Shown here piece by piece: positions 25,951 through 38,549 of a stretch of 48,587 nucleotides of DNA. The notes under the pieces were generated by a model. That model had not been told where the DNA came from. It saw only the letters and a list, made by a program, of their open reading frames with translations, and ran no database searches. The stretch's first letter is position 1. Every line of letters begins with the position of its first letter. The translations under genes were made by a program, and so were the position numbers. Source of the DNA: Euprymna scolopes (taxonomy: Eukaryota); the NCBI GenBank assembly GCA_053919585.1, contig CM132795.1. One strand, given 5' to 3'.

Positions 25951-28900
25951 AATACTAAGATTGCATATATATTTAATGATTCCGGTTTCTGATTGGTTCG
26001 TAGCAGAGCGTGGTTCCACCTGATTGGTCAGTTATTACCCGTGTTTATAACCAATTTTTGTAACCATACTAACATAAGGATACAAAAAATATGCCCCCAC
26101 CCCTATTTTGGTGTAAATGGAAAGTTCGTCCGGTTTCAATTTTGTTCAAAATCTGTTTGAAAAAGAAGCTATTTGAATTAATGTTAACATTTTCCAAAAA
26201 TGTTAACATTGTTACGCATTTAGTATGTTAATTTTAAGCAAAATACTGATAGGTCTGTTTTACCCAGGACCATTTACATATTTTGTTCACTGTGAATGAA
26301 ATTTATGAAAATGACAACCAAATTAAAAATTGCCCTGAATTTGTTTTCATCTCGAATCAAAAACATGAATGTATCAAGAAGCTAGTTGATGAACAGAAAT
26401 CATGAAAAATGAGGAATTAATGTAAGGTTTTCAAATGCCATAATGTGAATATTTCTGAAATGTGTTGGACAAAACTTTTTTTTCCAACTTGAGATATATA
26501 TGAATGAATATGCACGTATTGTGGATGACGATACGCGCTCATAAGTGTTTTGTAGTATTAGAAGTATTCAGTGCGGCTAGAAAAGCACACATAAGCCACG
26601 GATTGAAGCAGTTGACTGCATCGTGTTTACTTCTTGGATGTGGAGAAAGTCATCAACAAGAATGGCGATGTCGTCTGCGTGGTCGAGGTCAAATGTATTT
26701 AATCGGTACAAAAGATTTTGGTTTGTAAACGTTGAATTCTATACCATTGCAATTTTTCAGTGTTATTACTTAAACATCAATTTATACCTTTTTTATTTCG
26801 ATTATTAAAGGGGCATTCACATTTATGAACAAAATATTTTAGTTTTTGTCACCGGTTTTGTAAATGTTATTTTACTAATTCTGAGTAGGTTACAATAAAT
26901 TCTTTTACTTAAGTGATAGCAATTCAAATATCTAACAGATATGGAGTTTTGTGCGAAGATGATGCTTGCTTGGTTATCGCAATTAAGTATCAGAAGCTTA
27001 ACTCTGGTTTTAAAACGCTTTAGAATGACGTTTAGAAATTATGTTGAGCAGAATGAGATGGCGCTACAAATTCAGCTTCACGTGTAGGAAGTGTCACAGT
27101 CTGCTATTTATATTTCCATGATATGCACATTCACTGGTAGTTTGAAACAGTATCCAGCTATTTTTCGATCTTCATCGTTTCCACAATATGAATATGAACA
27201 CCCATGGTAGAAAATGGGTACATTTCCTATATACTAAAATCGTTACTTAGCCCCTTTATATAATGAAAACTTGCTTAGCCCTGTTTAAGTTAATTATTGG
27301 TCTTGATCGTTTTTGATAACTGTTACTGTAACATTAGGCCTTGTGACTGCTATAAAATGACTCCCTATGATCTCTATAGTTGATCATTATTTCAGGGTCC
27401 ATATTATCATTCTAAACTGGAAGTGCGTTTTTTGGAATCTTGCATTTCAAACGGCAATATTGTTTTGTTTGTTTTTTGTTTTGTTTTTTCAATGTACCTC
27501 CATTTTATATATATCTTAAGTAAATTGTATATCCAGAAACCATATGAAACAAGATCGTTTTATTTTTATCTTGATGTATTAGCATCCATAAACGTTGCAT
27601 CAGAACTAGATGCGAGTAAAATGTCGCAGCTCACATTACTAAAATTAGTAATTATTGCTAAAATATAAATGTACAAATGGGGGTCCACTAGGCATTGTTT
27701 GATTTGTTCAATAAAAATAATTATGAAATATTCGATATCAATTTCTACCAATTTGCTTTTACTGATTTAACTTATTAAACCTATCACGCCCAATTTATTT
27801 CTTTTGAATTTCTTGAGATAGGAAAGATAAATTTCAATCTATCGGCACATTTAAATAAGCATTATATGTTAAGATGATACTGTGATGCAAGTTGTAATAA
27901 AATTCTGATTCGTGGTAGTTTATGCGAAAAGGGTTGAAAAATACTTAATATTCTATCACAAATTTGAGAATATCCTTAGGCAATTTTTTTTGCTTTATAC
28001 TGTTCAACGCCTAAAAGCGGTACTTTTATAAATAACTATCGGGAAGAAATTACATTTCTATTCTTTGGCGGCACTAACGTATAGGTATTTTCTGTTAGTG
28101 TCAATTTCATTGTTCATGGAGGCTTACCATTTTTGTCAAATTTCTGAAATGTATCAATGAAGCTTTCCGGCGTATTTATAATGAATAGCAATACTTGATA
28201 ATTCTAGAATTTCTAGACTCATAAATCTGGCTTTTTCTATTCTTGTTGCATACCGTTCTGACTTCTCATTATTGTCGGCGTCAGCATTGACACCGTTGTC
28301 ATTCAATGCATGAATAGAAGATTGGGGAAAAATTAATTCCTTTAATGGATTTTCGTTTTGAAAATTAAATGGATCGTGGAATTTTACAGGTGGAACTCCT
28401 TTTATTGTATTTGTCTGGAGAAATATACTAAAATGCTACCTGTTGTGGCAACATAGAAAAAGTAGATACTCCGACGTTAACTATTTTTTTATCTTTGACT
28501 GCGAAGCTAGTTGAACCGAATATATACTAATTTTTACCGTAGAATGCTTCATATGGAGTTTTGCTTAATCTATTAAAAAAATAGGCATCGTATATACGCG
28601 GTCGCCATTAATGCATACGTTCATAATTTATTGGAAGTTTAGTCAATAAGTAGATATCTTGCCATATTAAGGGGGTTGCCACGATCTTTCGGCAACTCCA
28701 TTTTGGTGTGTTAAATGTTAATTTGTTTAATACTATGACTAATTTAATTTTTATTAAATTGTTTTATTGTTAGAGGGAATATATCCGATATGTTTTTTAA
28801 GTTCGCAAAATTATGAAATCTGAATCATTTACAAAATTTAATGCATTCCTGAAATTGTCCATCGCTTTCACGGGACCGTTCAACCTGCAATGAACCAGTG

Positions 28901-30687
28901 AGAGGATTGAATTTTTTTTATCTGACATATTTTGGTACTACGCCATTTTTTCCCTGTATAAAACATTGCAGTTTTTTAGGTTTTACGAGAACGTGGTATA
29001 AGTGTATATTTAATTGAAACATCGATCCCGACAAGACACGGTTACTTGATGTAAGGAGCTAAAAATGCTACATTAAAGTAAAAAAAAAAAAAACGAATTT
29101 GTCAAGTACGTGTTAGATGGAATAGATTCCGATTCAGAAAATAGCAATTCTTTGCTCTTTATAAGAAATCTTGCTCATGAAATGTGAAGACCTAAAGAAC
29201 AATAGGGGGGAAGCGAGTTACGCGGCTGCGAAAAGTAACCCAAGATCAACTTTCTACTCATTAAATTATGAAAGCTTAATTCCTGCAGTGGATGCATATG
29301 GAGCGCTTATTAATCTGTGCTTAAATTAATCTTTTATCCATTAGGTTAATTAAGGAATAGGATATTTTCTGTTGTCGAGGAATTAACAAGAGGATAAATA
29401 ATTTTACATTACTTATCTTTGTGTCCGTGTTTCTATCAGGACTCAAATTTTTAAAAGAATTACGTGTAGATAGGCGAACGGAAGTAATTCTGTGGGTACA
29501 ATAGAAAGATTTCTTTAAATATTGTTCATTCAGTTTTGGAGTTTGCTAATTAAACTTATAATCCAATAGAAATGTTTGCATAGGTTCCTATTGTTTGTAA
29601 CAAATGAAACTTTAAAATTTGTAGATAAGCATCTATTTTATATACACATGTATTGAAACAAGCAACATATGTAAATGATATATCCAGATAACTTGGTCCG
29701 ATTACCAGATTTTGTCTCTGGAATGGTTCTATTTTTCCAGTAAAACATATTAAACAAAAAATACACTTTGAAAGTTTCGAAAGACAGTGGCCGAAATAGC
29801 TTGTTGCTTCATGATAAAAGATAAATAGAATTTATCACATGGCAGTATGACTGCAATGGCTATCAAGTAAACTGCATAACGGAAAATGAACGACGTTGTA
29901 TACACAACTCCACATGGTCCCAAACAATTTCGTCCACACAAGCCAATAATCATGAGCACCTTCGTTTATTCGAACAGACACTCCGGCAACACATTGTACG
30001 CTCTCCATTTTGATGGCATGTTTTGTTTTTATCTACATTGAGAACTTTTTGTTCATGATAGATTATTTTCCTTTTCTTAGAAAAAGTTGCAGACTTCTTT
30101 GAAAGTCTGCAGATTTCATTCAGAGTAAAAATATAATTTGCTTGTTCTCTTGTGGGCATTTTGGAATTTCATGATGCTTGTCGATTCGTTATCCTAAATT
30201 GATCAAGTCATTGATCTTTCAATCTGGGTTATCACCGTAGTAAATGGTTTAAAACCGCCCAGCAACCCCTTTAGAACCATAGAAATCGGTAAACTGTGAC
30301 TTTCCACTATTTTTAAAAATAAACTTATCGTTATTTTGGATTTTATAACAGCCTGTAATCGTCCCAGCTTCCATACGTTTTTAGACACCATTTTTGTATA
30401 TAGAGATAATCGAGTTCCCCTTCAATGTTTAATATCCAATACTTTGCTCTCATTATCCAATGCTTCTCACATTATCGAACTTGTCATCTAGGCACTATAT
30501 CAATTATGCAAAAATTGCATTCTTTTTCAAATTCTTTTTTTCTAATTGACTAAATTTGGAAAGTTTTTTTTTATTTTTATTTTTATTATTTATTTTTTTA
30601 CGAATGTAAAATTATACTTTGATGGATCAGAATCGAAATTTGAATGCCGACACTAAAGCCTCGCACTGGGTCCATACCCTCTGGAGT

Positions 30688-30942
30688 TGTAAGCTATTAG
30701 TTTTAGAATGGAAAAATGTTGCCAACAATATGGCAGTATCAATCCAGAGAAGCTTGTAATTATAAAAGCTTTTCGGCGACGAGCAGCTTCATGTAGTAGG
30801 TCACTTTTAAGTCTTGCTTTGTAAAGGCTCGCTGAGGACTGAGCAGAGTTTGTAGAAAAGTCGTATAGGAATTCGAAGATTCAGTATATTTTATGCAGTA
30901 ATTAAAGTTTGAATGGTTGTAATCCTACCCTCATAGAATACA
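30688..30942 (+). mobile_element. Putative solo LTR (255 bp)
   Basis: TGT...ACA termini, internal TATAAAA and ATTAAA, flanks GAGT/AAGT (possible 4-bp TSD with one mismatch), and a related partial copy at 25829. Confidence 0.4.
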
Positions 30943-32968
30943 AAGTATTGTCACAAATAAATGTAAGAATTTTGAAAATAAAACCAAACATGGAGGTTTT
31001 CATTGCCTTATCCGCGTATTACTGGAAAATACAAATATTACAAAACTACTTTATTTAAAAGTAGAGGAAAATGTAGCGTGTGTCTGAATTTGCAATCTTC
31101 ATTCCAAACATTCTGACTAAAAATATTGAAATCTTTTTTGTACACCTTTTTATATCCGATTAATTCTGTCATTTTTATATTTTATTCAGCAATAATCAGG
31201 ATTCCGTTAATCAAAGTTAGATTCTTAAAAATTGAATGTAAAGCATAACGTATGTTGCGCTCTTGCTTGAAGAGTAACTAAGCTCTAAATGTGAATAAGG
31301 ATAGGTAAGATAGACTGAAGACCAAATATTTCTTAATTAGCAAGATGTGAAAATTCCAAAGTGCCTTTTAAATAGGTATAATTTACTGTTAATATTCCTT
31401 GTAAATTTGTCAACAGAAACACATTTAATATTCTTTAGTAAAAGAATTCTGTTGTACATTTATTTTATTGAAATAATTTAAGCTTGTTGCAATAGTGCTT
31501 TTTAATTTTTTCCTTTACATAAAAATAATCGACATCCAAATATTTCTCAAATACATAGATTTGTAAACATATGCGAAATGTGACAAGGTAAAAAAAACTG
31601 CCATGGTGACTAATATAAACTTAACTAGTTACGATCATGATTGCCCCCATCCCACAAAAAGTCGGTCGATGATCACAACCTAAATTATCCAACGTAAACA
31701 TTAAGTGGAAAGGATCACGAATGAAATTCTCATGCAAATGAAAGCTACAGATCTTTAAAAATTCACTGAATTTATAAGAAACCCTATTTTAGCAAGTTTC
31801 AGACAATTTCGCGAGTTGAAAAAAATCTATACAGGTCCCAAAAGTTTTGTCGCATGCCAGTTTCGAAATTACAAAGTGGAACCAACTCGAGTAGTCCGAC
31901 TTGGGACTATCTGCCAATATCTAAAATGTTCATTTCCTATCCCTATATAGATGTTTTGATGGTCTCTACACAGCTTTATTAATTCAACCAATTCATTAAA
32001 TGCAGGACGTGTTAAATTATCTGTATTTTCCATCCTCCATGCACTTGTAGTCTTCTCTCTTGCGCTCACAACTATTAAAATTCTCTTGGCATTGAGTTTT
32101 ACGATTGGAAGCGATTTTCTTGTATACTATTTTCATTGTCACAAGGCACCTAAAATCTTTTCATTTTTTTTCGTAGCAGACTCTTTGGTGGCAATTTTAC
32201 AAATTACCTGCATTAAACTGTTTGCCTTTTTTCTAATCGCTCGCTCGAGTTTCCTTTGTGGGAATTTTAAGATATTGCAGATATGGATTTTGGAAAGAAT
32301 CAATTTAACAGGTACAGGTTTGGTTCTTTTTAATTTTTTAAGGGGGGGGAGGCGGAGGTTGCGAGATGGGTTTGTTTCCTCATAAAGCTCTAATTTCCTG
32401 ACAGTTTTTCATTCTTTCTGTAGCGCTTGAAGATTTAATTGAAGACACCCCTACTCCTGATACCAGTCTTAATAGCCATTATGAGGGCTTCGAGTTGGGA
32501 ACCCAAAACGAACTTAGCTGTAGGTGTTTTATAGCAGTCTATCTCAGTGGTGATGAACACCTCTGCAGAATGTCTACCGATGTCAGACATTTTAGTTTTA
32601 GAGATGCTCCTTTGATGGAGTTCTCCTACACAAAGCTGTTATAATTCTGAATCTTCACTATTATTGAAGACGAGGTGAGTAAATATCGAAAGCTCTGTTC
32701 TTCTCGTCCATGTTAACTCCTTTAGCCTTTCCTGCTCTTAAAATCCTCTAGTTTAATTCTTTTCTGGGCCATTTTCATACAGAAAAGGCTCTCGAATCTT
32801 CCCCGTTTATTTTCATAACTATCTTTAATACTGGTATAATTTTACATACGCTTTACCTTGTGTAAAAGGTTTTTCCTCCAATAAAGGGTTTCTTTGCTTT
32901 TTTTTCTGGGCTACTGGAATGTCATACCAGTTTTGATTAGAGGTGATAATTTTGGCTATTGCAATATA

Positions 32969-34426
32969 CACTGCTGATCCAAAATTTAAGACCACTTAAA
33001 AATCTTTTAAAAACTTTTTATTTTTAAGGATAGATTCTAAACTCTTCCGACTTAAGGTTACCAATACTACAATCTAAAAGGTTATGGAAACAAAAAGCTA
33101 CATTCCAAAGATTTATTTTTAAAATTTACATTTTTATTAAATTAGGCTTTTTACACATGATCAAAATTATAAGACCAGAGACAAAAATTCTATCTAAAGA
33201 AAACATTTAACAATCAAATGTAATGAGTTCCACCTCCACTGCTTTTGATGACTTCTAAAATTCTTTGGGGCATGCTAGGAATTAGGGTTTCCATTAATAT
33301 TCAAGGATTCTGCTCCAGTTTCTGAAGATGACATCATGAACATTTTTTTGTTGAATAGTTTTTGCCATTTCGATAAACCTCTTATCCATCCCCGAAATTT
33401 TCAATTGAGTTCAAGTACAGTCAGCAGGCAGGATGTTCCAAGAGATGGGCTCTGTTTTCTTGTAAAAAGCTCAGTCCGTCTTGCAGTGTGGATTGCAGCA
33501 TTATCTTGTTGGAATAACCATCCATCCTCCACAAACAATGACCCTCCTACAAAGATGCTTTTTGTAGCATGTTAACATAACCAGCTGCTGTCTGACGACC
33601 CTGCACCACCTGGATCTCCATTGTCCCTCTCTAAGAAAAGGCATCCCATACCAATACGTACCCTCCCCCACTGGCGTGTGGAAAAACATTTCAAGAGGCC
33701 TGTTTTTGTCATGCCAATATCGCTGGAAGCCATCAGAACCATCAAAATTGATTTTTTTCTCATCAGAAAACAGAACTTTCTTCCACTCTCAACGTCCTAG
33801 GTTTGGTATTCATGACCAAATCTTAAGCGGTCCACTTTGTGACATGGAAGCAACCAACGAATTTGTTCATGCTTTTTATTTACCATGTCTTTTTTGTTGT
33901 CCGATTGTTATTGGACTGCAATCACCTTCTGTAACCGCTTTAATTTTACTAGAAAGTCCTATCATTCATAACAACTCGTCTGATTCTCCTCAATGTAGGA
34001 GAAATGTTGGGGGGCCCACCAAAGGATTTTGACTTTCCATAATTGTCAGTGTTTAGAAAGTTGCCAATATTTTACTGCGATTTACCTTAGCTTCTATCGC
34101 TTTCTGTGACAAACCTTGCTTATGGAATCCTAGAATTCGAGAGCGCTCAACTTTGGTTAGTTTTCATGCTTTATACATGGTAATCTTTAGTGATTGCTAA
34201 TCTCTGACTGTTACCATAAATCTAGCAATCTATACCCTTGGTCTCGTAATTTTGATGTGTAAAAAGCTTAATTTAATAAAAATGCAAATTTAAACAATTT
34301 TTGGAATGTACCTTTGTTTCCATAACCTTTGATTGTATTAACCTTAAGTCGGAAGAGTTTAAATCTATCCTGGAAAGGTTTCTTTTCAAAGATTTTTAAG
34401 TGGTCTTAAATTTTCGATCAGCAGTG
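32969..34426 (-). mobile_element. Full-length but inactive Tc1/mariner element (Tc3-like, IR/DR architecture), 1458 bp
   Basis: TA|CACTGCTGATC...GATCAGCAGTG|TA with TA at 32967-68 and 34427-28. Imperfect TIRs of ~210 bp each carry outer and inner copies of a gatc(c)aaaatt.taagacca motif. Confidence 0.95.
33214..34178 (-). pseudogene. Tc3/Tc1-type DDE transposase pseudogene
   Basis: ATG at 34178 reads MYKA*KLTKVERSRILGFHKQGLSQKAI. Later motifs are WKKVLFSDEKK, DGSDGFQRYWHDK, FQQDNAAIHTARRTELF, SMPQRILEVIKSSGGGTHYI* (stop at 33216-33214). Contains stops and frameshifts. Confidence 0.92.
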
Positions 34427-36615
34427 TATGCTAAAATGGATGGTTTGGAAGATAGCTTAGATTTTGAAGAGAACACCAGAGATGTCATTTTTTTATCCCC
34501 CTTTTTGGAAGGTACGGCTGAGGGGCCATTTTTGACAGGGCGAGGAAGAGGAGCTAGATTTTCAGTTATTTTAATGTTTTATCTTTCGCTAGTTTGTTCA
34601 GTGTCTAGCTTTAATTTCACTAGTTCTATAAACATTCTCCCTCCTCAAACTTTAGTCTGTGTAGTTACAAATTCTTCTTTTGTATATAGGTTTTCTGAGG
34701 ACTTTAGATTTTACTGCTTTTTCCCCCCCGCCTCCTTGGGTGGGGGACTCCTCACACTTAAGATCGTCTAGCATAATTTATATTGAAGAGGGGCATTTTA
34801 TGAATCTCTCCTCGAATTTTTGGTCAGATGCTGTAGAAGTCTTCTGGTTGGAGTGTGTGGGATTAATTCTGATAGGACAAGTGAAGGTTAAATGCTCCAC
34901 TTCTCCAAATTCCACACTACTACAATTTGCAGAGGATTTTCTTCCCTAGCCTTGCAATTATATGAATTTTGCTGAATGTGTTGTTTAAAAGAATTTCCAA
35001 ACTCCAGACCTTGCTCTATTTGAGGAGAATGGTAGTGATGTTCCTGAATTTTAAGATATTCACCGGTGACCACTCCAAGAACTTCAAATGCTGATACTAT
35101 CACCCCCGCCCCCTTCGTCCCTTGTCTTTCATTGTTAGCACATGCTTATTGACGTTTTTGAATCCTTAAGATTTAAACATGCATTCAAAGTAGTAATGCT
35201 TGTCTTTCAGGCCTCATGCTTGCAGCCCTAATCAGTAATTTGCTTCTTTGTTGATCTTAGTCTGTTCGTTTTCCTAAAAAATTTTTTTTGGGGGGGGGTC
35301 GGATTCCTTGAGGTCCGAAATTATTCCTTTTTCAGTGACAACCCTGGTACATTCTTTTGCCTTGGTAACCAACTTAACGTTAATTTTTTACGACATGAGG
35401 TTTTGCTCGATTCCAACTTAGTTTGTGAGGGAATTGTCTAGACCGACGCTTTTGCATTCTGACAGCGCACATCTAGCCGTAACCATGGCTAAATAAACAA
35501 AATCCACCTTTAATGAAATTATTCCTAGAATAAAACAATTAAAGATTTAACAATAACAATGAATAAAAAGTAAAAGTTTAATAGTAAAAAGGAAGTTTTT
35601 CAAATCAATAAATCGAATGTCACTTTTTGAAATGTATTTATTTAAAATTGTATGGCAATCGTGAAGCGTCCTGGGTATAACCTTAAAATACCTCCAGTGG
35701 TGAGCCTCTATTTAAGTCTGTGAGGAGTAGTTTCCTCTTAATCCTCATTGCTCCCAGCTTCACTTTAAATCGAAATTGTAATACCTGTTAAGGCATCTGG
35801 TTCTACCATGCTGTTTGAGGATACTGGGCTCCTAATCAAAATGCACCAATTATCGATGTTTCCTTTGTTTTGCAGACTAAAACAACTTTCTACAAATTAA
35901 GCGCCACGAATAAATATTTAGATATAAAGAACTTGAAGCTTTAAAAAAATTACTGGATTCGACATAAAATAATCGGAAGATTGTTGATATACAGTAAAAG
36001 ACAAAACGATGACTACATAATTTGATTTTGGAACAATTCATTTTAAAATGGGTAAAATTGGAATGTTTAGTAATGAAATTAATCAAATGCTCTTAATGTG
36101 AAACCTGATACCGCCTGTCTGAACATAAAATACCTTGACTATTTAATAGATAAAACTGGAATCCTTGAAATGAATTGGCAGAACTTGAACATTTAAGATA
36201 ATCTTGGCTTCCCAGTAGTTTCTGGTTTGAATACGAACTCTGATAATCGCAGTACGAAATGTCTTGCACCGCTTTAATAAATACGCTATCAACGATTATT
36301 ACAGCAGTTATTTTTTTAAGCTGGGCTCATGAGAAAATTCCTTTTTACGTAAATGTTTCAGTGCTTAATCGCTGACATTCAGGATTCGGGCTCCATCGAT
36401 CATGACGTTTTTTTTTTTTTTTTTAGTACACCTTATGTGGGATTGATTTCTCCGAGTGCAAAACTATGCAAATATGGTATTCGTTTTAATAGGATCAAAT
36501 TTAGTCTTTATAAAGGTTCTTTCTAAACTATCAATATTGGAGCCCCATCTACCATTCCTTCTATGACCTCCAAGGTTGTTTTAAAGAACATCAGTTTCAA
36601 GTGTTATTAAAAAGC

Positions 36616-36644
<29 letters not shown>

Positions 36645-36646
<2 letters not shown>

Positions 36647-36840
36647 GTTCTCCAATCTCTGAATATTTTTGCGTTTTTCTTAAATTGTTTAGGCTGGATC
36701 CATAAGTTCCTTTTAGCGAGTACTTTCGATAGGAATACTTCCATAATCCTCAGGCATATTGTGTTGTAAAATTGTTTTTAATTATATCAGTCACGTGATG
36801 GCTAATTACGAGTTAGGTGGGCGGACAATTTTTTATATAC
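36645..36840 (-). mobile_element. Solo PLE pseudo-LTR copy (same family as 43275-43495 and 43835-44100)
   Basis: Colinear with the other copies: gtccgcccacctaac, tcacgtgact, caatatgcCTGAGGA...GAAA, ttatggat, agattggagaa. Confidence 0.8.
36716..36755 (-). ncRNA. Minimal hammerhead ribozyme with damaged stem II
   Basis: gc-CTGAGGA-t-tatggaa-gta-ttcctatc-GAAA-GTAC-TC-gc. Palindromic stem III AGTACT; stem I only 2 bp; stem II closing pair mismatched. Confidence 0.7.
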
Positions 36841-36920
36841 TTAAAATTTACTACCCTAGCCATATAAGAATATTTCGACTGCACTCGCAATTAACGCTAT
36901 TTAGTATTAAATACTAAATA

Positions 36921-37424
36921 CTAGCCTGGGTGCCCGACGTTGCCAGTGTTTCTAGGTGTGTTGAGCAAAAAAGTTGTAGGCAGGCTCGAACCCGTGATGC
37001 GAAGGCGGAAAAAAATGGGGGTTGTGTAAGGGTGTTAAGCAAAAAGGAAATTGTGAGCGCAAGAAAGTGGTAGTAGGCAGGCTTGAACCCGTACAGCACA
37101 GGAGAAATAAAGGGAAAAAAACGTGACGTATTAGTTGATGCGTCCATCAACAACCCGGAAGTGACGTAAGCTTAAATTAAGGCTACATTATCGAAGAGGC
37201 GATGACTTTGGAAAATATCGTCAAAAGCCACCCCCTCCCCGTAGAAAAGTGCCCAGCTAAGGGTGAATGAATTAATGGTGGTGGCAAATTTTTTTTATAT
37301 TTGTCATCCGAAGGGTCTTGCTACAAAATGATGCTGATCTTGTGAAACTGCCATCTGCCGAAGGCTTTTGCCATACATATGTACGTATAAATCTTGTAGT
37401 ACTACGTACGATTTATATTATAGA
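36921..37424 (-). mobile_element. Non-autonomous Helitron, copy 1 (504 bp)
   Basis: Minus strand begins TCTATAATATAAATCG (37424) and ends ...ggcaacgtcgggcacccaggCTAG|T (36921), with a subterminal GC-rich hairpin remnant. Confidence 0.8.
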
Positions 37425-37820
37425 CTAGCATGTGTGCCTGGCGTTTCCCGGGTGTTTGGAGGTGTTGAGCAAAAAGTGGTTGTACAAAGGCAGACTCAAA
37501 CCCGTACCGCGAAGGAGGAAAATAACGTGAAAAAACGTGATGGTTTTGCTGTTACGACCACCGCCAACTGGAAGTGAGGTAGATTTGAATAAAGGCTAGA
37601 CAATCGGAAAGAGGGGATGACTTTAGAAAATATCGGCAAAAAACAGCGACCCCTTCCTGTAGAAAAATGCCCGGTTGAAGATGAAATTTTTGTAGCTAAT
37701 TTTTCGGTATTTGTCATCTGAAGGGTCGAGCTCCAAAACGATACTGATCTTGTGACAATCCGTTACCTCTGTCGAAGCTTTTAGACAGGCATGCAAACAT
37801 ACATACATAGATTTATATAT
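37425..37820 (-). mobile_element. Non-autonomous Helitron, copy 2, diverged tandem partner of copy 1
   Basis: Minus strand ends cccgggaaacgccaggcacacatgCTAG at 37425. Colinear with copy 1 (ggtg.tgagcaaaaa, gatgacttt.gaaaatatcg, gtagaaaa.tgccc, atttgtcatc.gaagggtc, ctgatcttgtga). 5' end eroded. Confidence 0.8.
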
Positions 37821-37940
37821 TGGTAGCTCAAATTCTCGACCAAAAACCGATTAAAAAGCTTGCCCATCTCTGAATACCACTTGTGGAAAATTTCAAATAT
37901 TTAGACCAGAAATTTTCAGTAATTTGGTAGACCGCAGAGG

Positions 37941-37979
<39 letters not shown>

Positions 37980-38002
37980 TTCGACCCTTATTATGACCCC
38001 CC

Positions 38003-38549
38003 CTTAACATTGTTTGGGGTTCAAATCAAGTTAAGTTAGATCCATGTTCAAGGAACCTATATCTAAATTTTCAAGCGCTTAGACCCAAAATTGGTGGAAG
38101 AGTTCTCAGTCAAATTGAACTTTGACCCCTTAACAGCCAAATTTCTGTCCGAAAATGAATTAGATTTTCCCAAATCTCACTACTCTGTATATCAAATTTC
38201 GAGTGTGAAGATTGAAAATTGAGTTATTGTGTAGGGGAATGTATACACACACGTTCACTTTTATAGATATATAGATTATGCAAGTATAAAGCCATATGTG
38301 TCTGTGTACATTTCCCTATGCACTGTCAATTTTAAGCCTACAGATTCGAAATTTGATAGAGTACTGAGATTTGGGAAAATCGATGTGATTGGTTTTCGGA
38401 CAGAAATTTGGCGATTAAGGAGTCAAAGTTCAGCGATTTGACCTTGAACTCTACCAAATTCCTACAATTTTGGGTCTAAACACGTGAAATTTTAGATACA
38501 GATTCCTTGGGCATGGATCTAAGTTCATTCGAGCCCAAAATATGTTAAG
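38003..38549. repeat. Near-spacerless inverted pair of Helitron-like 5' segments (~270-bp arms)
   Basis: Left-arm ttagatccatg, agacccaaaattg, gccaaatttctgtccgaaaa, gattttcccaaatctca and tatcaaatttcga recur as reverse complements in 38278-38549. The left arm's inner end reads a|TCTATATATCTATAAAAGTGAACGTGTG on the minus strand. Confidence 0.85.

Larger units (their letters stand above)
31860..35490 (-). mobile_element. Possible decayed LINE 5'/ORF1 region interrupted by the Tc3-like element
   Basis: A-rich, Lys-rich broken frames on the minus strand on both sides of the Tc3-like insertion. The Cys-containing start MVTARCALSEC lies near 35487. Family not established. Confidence 0.25.

Noticed and set aside
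25965-26730. Possible Crypton-like element (paired ctgattgg motifs, YARIVDD...SIRSIQ fragment)
   Set aside because: Resemblance is impressionistic; no catalytic YR motif and no defined ends.
30330-30380. WDDYRLL*NP resembling the ligand-gated ion-channel WxDYRLxWNP motif
   Set aside because: In-frame stops, no downstream W.PD motif and no splice context; chance match.
33336-34032. Plus-strand ORFs of 79 and 118 aa
   Set aside because: Antisense shadows of the Tc3-like transposase pseudogene.
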